A DNA stretch of 63,947 nucleotides, filler included, from Choristocarpus tenellus KU-1152 (taxonomy: Eukaryota > Protista > Phaeophyceae), in NCBI GenBank assembly GCA_964200185.2. It is 11 parts of 11 records of this genome, joined end to end, with 100 filler letters (N's around TTAATTAATTAA, not from the genome) between each part and the next. Parts side by side here need not be neighbours in the genome. Positions count along the whole stretch, not along the records: positions 60,536 to 63,947 come from CAXNAD020020215.1; 10 more parts are not named here. One strand, 5' to 3'. Of this stretch, positions 61,379 through 63,947 are shown piece by piece (position 1 is the first letter of the stretch; every line of letters begins with the position of its first letter). Both the position numbers and the translations under genes were made by a program. The notes under the pieces are model-generated. The model was given only the letters and a program-made list of their open reading frames with translations, made no database searches and was not told where the DNA came from.

Positions 61379-63503
61379 GCTGCTGCAATATCTTTTTTGA
61401 AAGATAGTGTTTTTTGTCCCGTTTGCAGTAATAATAATAAAAAAGTGTAGTCTTACGGCATGAGTGTGTGATTGAATGAACGTGTTTGTTACAAGCTCCT
61501 GTTGTTTTTGTCTTCTGGGGTGGGGCAGGAAGGGGTTGGGTGGGGTGGGCAGGGGTGGTGAACAGTAGGTTGTGTCATGATGGGAGTATGAAGGAGAGAC
61601 GAAGGTTGTGATGTGGGAAAGGACATACTAGTGAATTGGTTGTTGGTGTGGGTGGGTGGGGGCGGGGGGGGGGGTTCAGGCTTGAGAAGCAGAGTAGGAA
61701 GGGAGAGAGGTGATGGTGCTTTGCATCGAGCATATGGGATATTTTTTTCCCTTTGCATCAGCGTATGTGCCTTGGTGGAGCAAGGCTTTTGTGTTTGCTA
61801 GAATTTATAGCAGTAATACTCCAGTTCATACAGGAAATCAGATGAGGGCTTGGACCTTCTCCAGCAGGGAGGAGATAGTAGATGCCTGCCAATGGTGTTT
61901 AGCAGAAGATTGTTGTGCTACATTATACCCCATACAATTGCCTACAGATCTCCATGATTTGTGATGGGTTTTTCCTAGCCTGCAATTGTTTAAGAGGGGT
62001 ATGTGGAGCCTTACTAATTTCTTTCGAGGTGTTGCTGTATTGTCACCTTCAGAAGGTGGAAGATTTGAGCACTGGCAGAGACTTGTCTCGAGGGTTTTCC
62101 ACAAAGGATGCTTTCCTTGGCTAGACTAAGTCGTATCGATGTGTGCAGTGTAGTAGATAGTAGGAAAAGCAAGATGTAATTAGGGGAAGCCATGGAGCGT
62201 TCTTACAACAGTATCCTGTGGTGCATTAAAAAGTAGTTGGCACTCGAATTAGGTAGAGTCTTGTTGCACGAGATTTTTGGGTGTTTGTGTGTTGTGTTAG
62301 ATTGTGTTTCCCAAATAGTTACTGTCGTTGCCATCAGATGACGAGTCAAGCACATCAATCAGCCACTTTTGATAGGAGACAAAGCGGAATCATGATGCCA
62401 GTTAAAAGAATGATGTGAAGAGTCGAAGCATCAGCAGCAGTCATCTAACCCTAATCCTCATGTATACATACACACCATGTGCCTATCATGCTCACATTAG
62501 TAGTATTTCCACTACTTCTAGTAATAAAATGCTGTGGACCTCTCCTTCCTTTCCAACATGGACTCACAATCTTTTATTTCTCCACTGAGAAATACGTTAA
62601 ACATTTATTTAACTCAATTTGCTTTGATTTTTTACTGTCACTTCTTATTCTACATTCAATGATATTCAATGATTGATTGGTGCATTTCACTATGGGGGGG
62701 AGGCACAAGAAACACTCTTCCCAAAAGACTTTTGTTGATACACAAGAAAAGTAATGAAGATGATACATTTGTTGATCCTCCGAAATATTCATTCATCGCC
62801 TCCATTGAGATACACACAAATAGGACTAATATTATTATAGTATGTAGTACATAGGTAGCAGCATGTTGAGGTGTAAGACAATATGCAAATTCAGTGTTTT
62901 TACAAATCCAGGATATGAATACAAACTAGAACAAGTAGTTTCTTCGACTCACAGATAATGTAGTTGCAAACCACTACCATCTGCATCCAACCAGTACCTA
63001 AAAAAAGCATTCATCACTCCTCCTGTTGAGTAATTTGAGTAGTCACATGAAGGCAGACAAAAGAAGTCGTGGCACCATGCATACCCCAAAAAAGGTCTAA
63101 TTCTACCAAAAGCTTGTCGCACACAAACTATAGGATGCAGCTTCCACCTTGTTTACCGAGGTTAGGCTTGTTGTGCCCAAGTGAAAACGGTACATATAAC
63201 ACGTGTATGTATGTGCACGATTGGTACATCTCCTCACTAATGACAGACCCCTTGACCCTTCACCAAGCACCATATTTACGCTTTCCTCTTAAAACTAGGG
63301 GAGGTAAAATCTGCTGGGCTATACAAACCACATGTTAAAAACATTATTACCAGGGCATTACCGTGCCCACCTCTACAATAGTGATGAAGGTACTGTAGCT
63401 ATGGTGAATTGGAAAAAGGGGGTAAAAAATCAATTGATCGCAATGCCAAGTCTGTGTTACATTGAGGAAGCGTCCCATTACCCCAGTGTCCTCCTCCCTC
63501 ACT

Positions 63504-63840
63504 TCACTCTGACAAAATAACAGAAGCCCTCAATACAAGCATTCCATCTCCAGTGCCTGTAGAGAGGGCAACTAGGCAACCCTTCTTCTCATCCATTCCC
63601 ACATCCATCACTGAAGGAGGGAACGCCTCCTGCCTATGCAAAACCAATGTCGGCTTAACCACCCTGTCTACATGGCTCCTCCCTTCAGTATTTGCAATAT
63701 AGATCAAGGTGAGACTCCCTGTCCTTGACACCACTGTCAAGAAGCCTGATCGGGGCCAGTGACACGATACAACCTGGTAAGGGATCAAAGTCATTCCCAA
63801 GACCTGAAAGATCGGGTCAACAAGGGTCTTGGTCTCACCT
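63504..63840 (-). CDS. Exon of an unidentified, possibly beta-propeller-like protein
   Basis: Open frame of about 110 codons after a pyrimidine-rich acceptor, with beta-strand-like segments (VVSCHWPRSGFLTVVSRTGSLTLI; VMDVGMDEKKGCLVAL). Confidence 0.5.
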
Positions 63841-63947
63841 GCTTGTAGAAATACCACAGTGACCAAGGGGCCATGTCAGGAAAGACAGAGCGGCGGGGTG
63901 GATGGGTGATGGGGAACAGGAGGATCAAAAGCTGAGTTGGTAGGTAG

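Overview
This is not contiguous DNA. It is 11 short eukaryotic contigs joined by ten identical 100-nt artificial spacers (N44-TTAATTAATTAA-N44), so gene neighbourhood across spacers carries no meaning. The sequence is intron-rich and microsatellite-rich, with interstitial (TTAGGG)n tracts. Its style suggests a flagellated stramenopile such as a brown alga, which is inference only. Spliced genes reconstructed by hand with phase-consistent exons: a PDZ (+ probable CUE) protein, a divergent axonemal dynein p28/DNALI1-family protein, a small PH-domain protein, five internal exons of IFT140, a ZNF706/4F5-family zinc-finger protein needing a GC-AG intron, the 3' end of the PP6 catalytic subunit, a coiled-coil + SH3b-like protein, a multi-pass membrane protein, and several anonymous exons. 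Repeats: a decayed chimeric Ty1/copia region, related MITEs sharing GAGTCAAAGTA-like termini, a tRNA-like/SINE head, a perfect 44-bp inverted repeat and several tandem repeats. I found no convincing novel multi-gene system. The notable items are gene-structure and transposon oddities.
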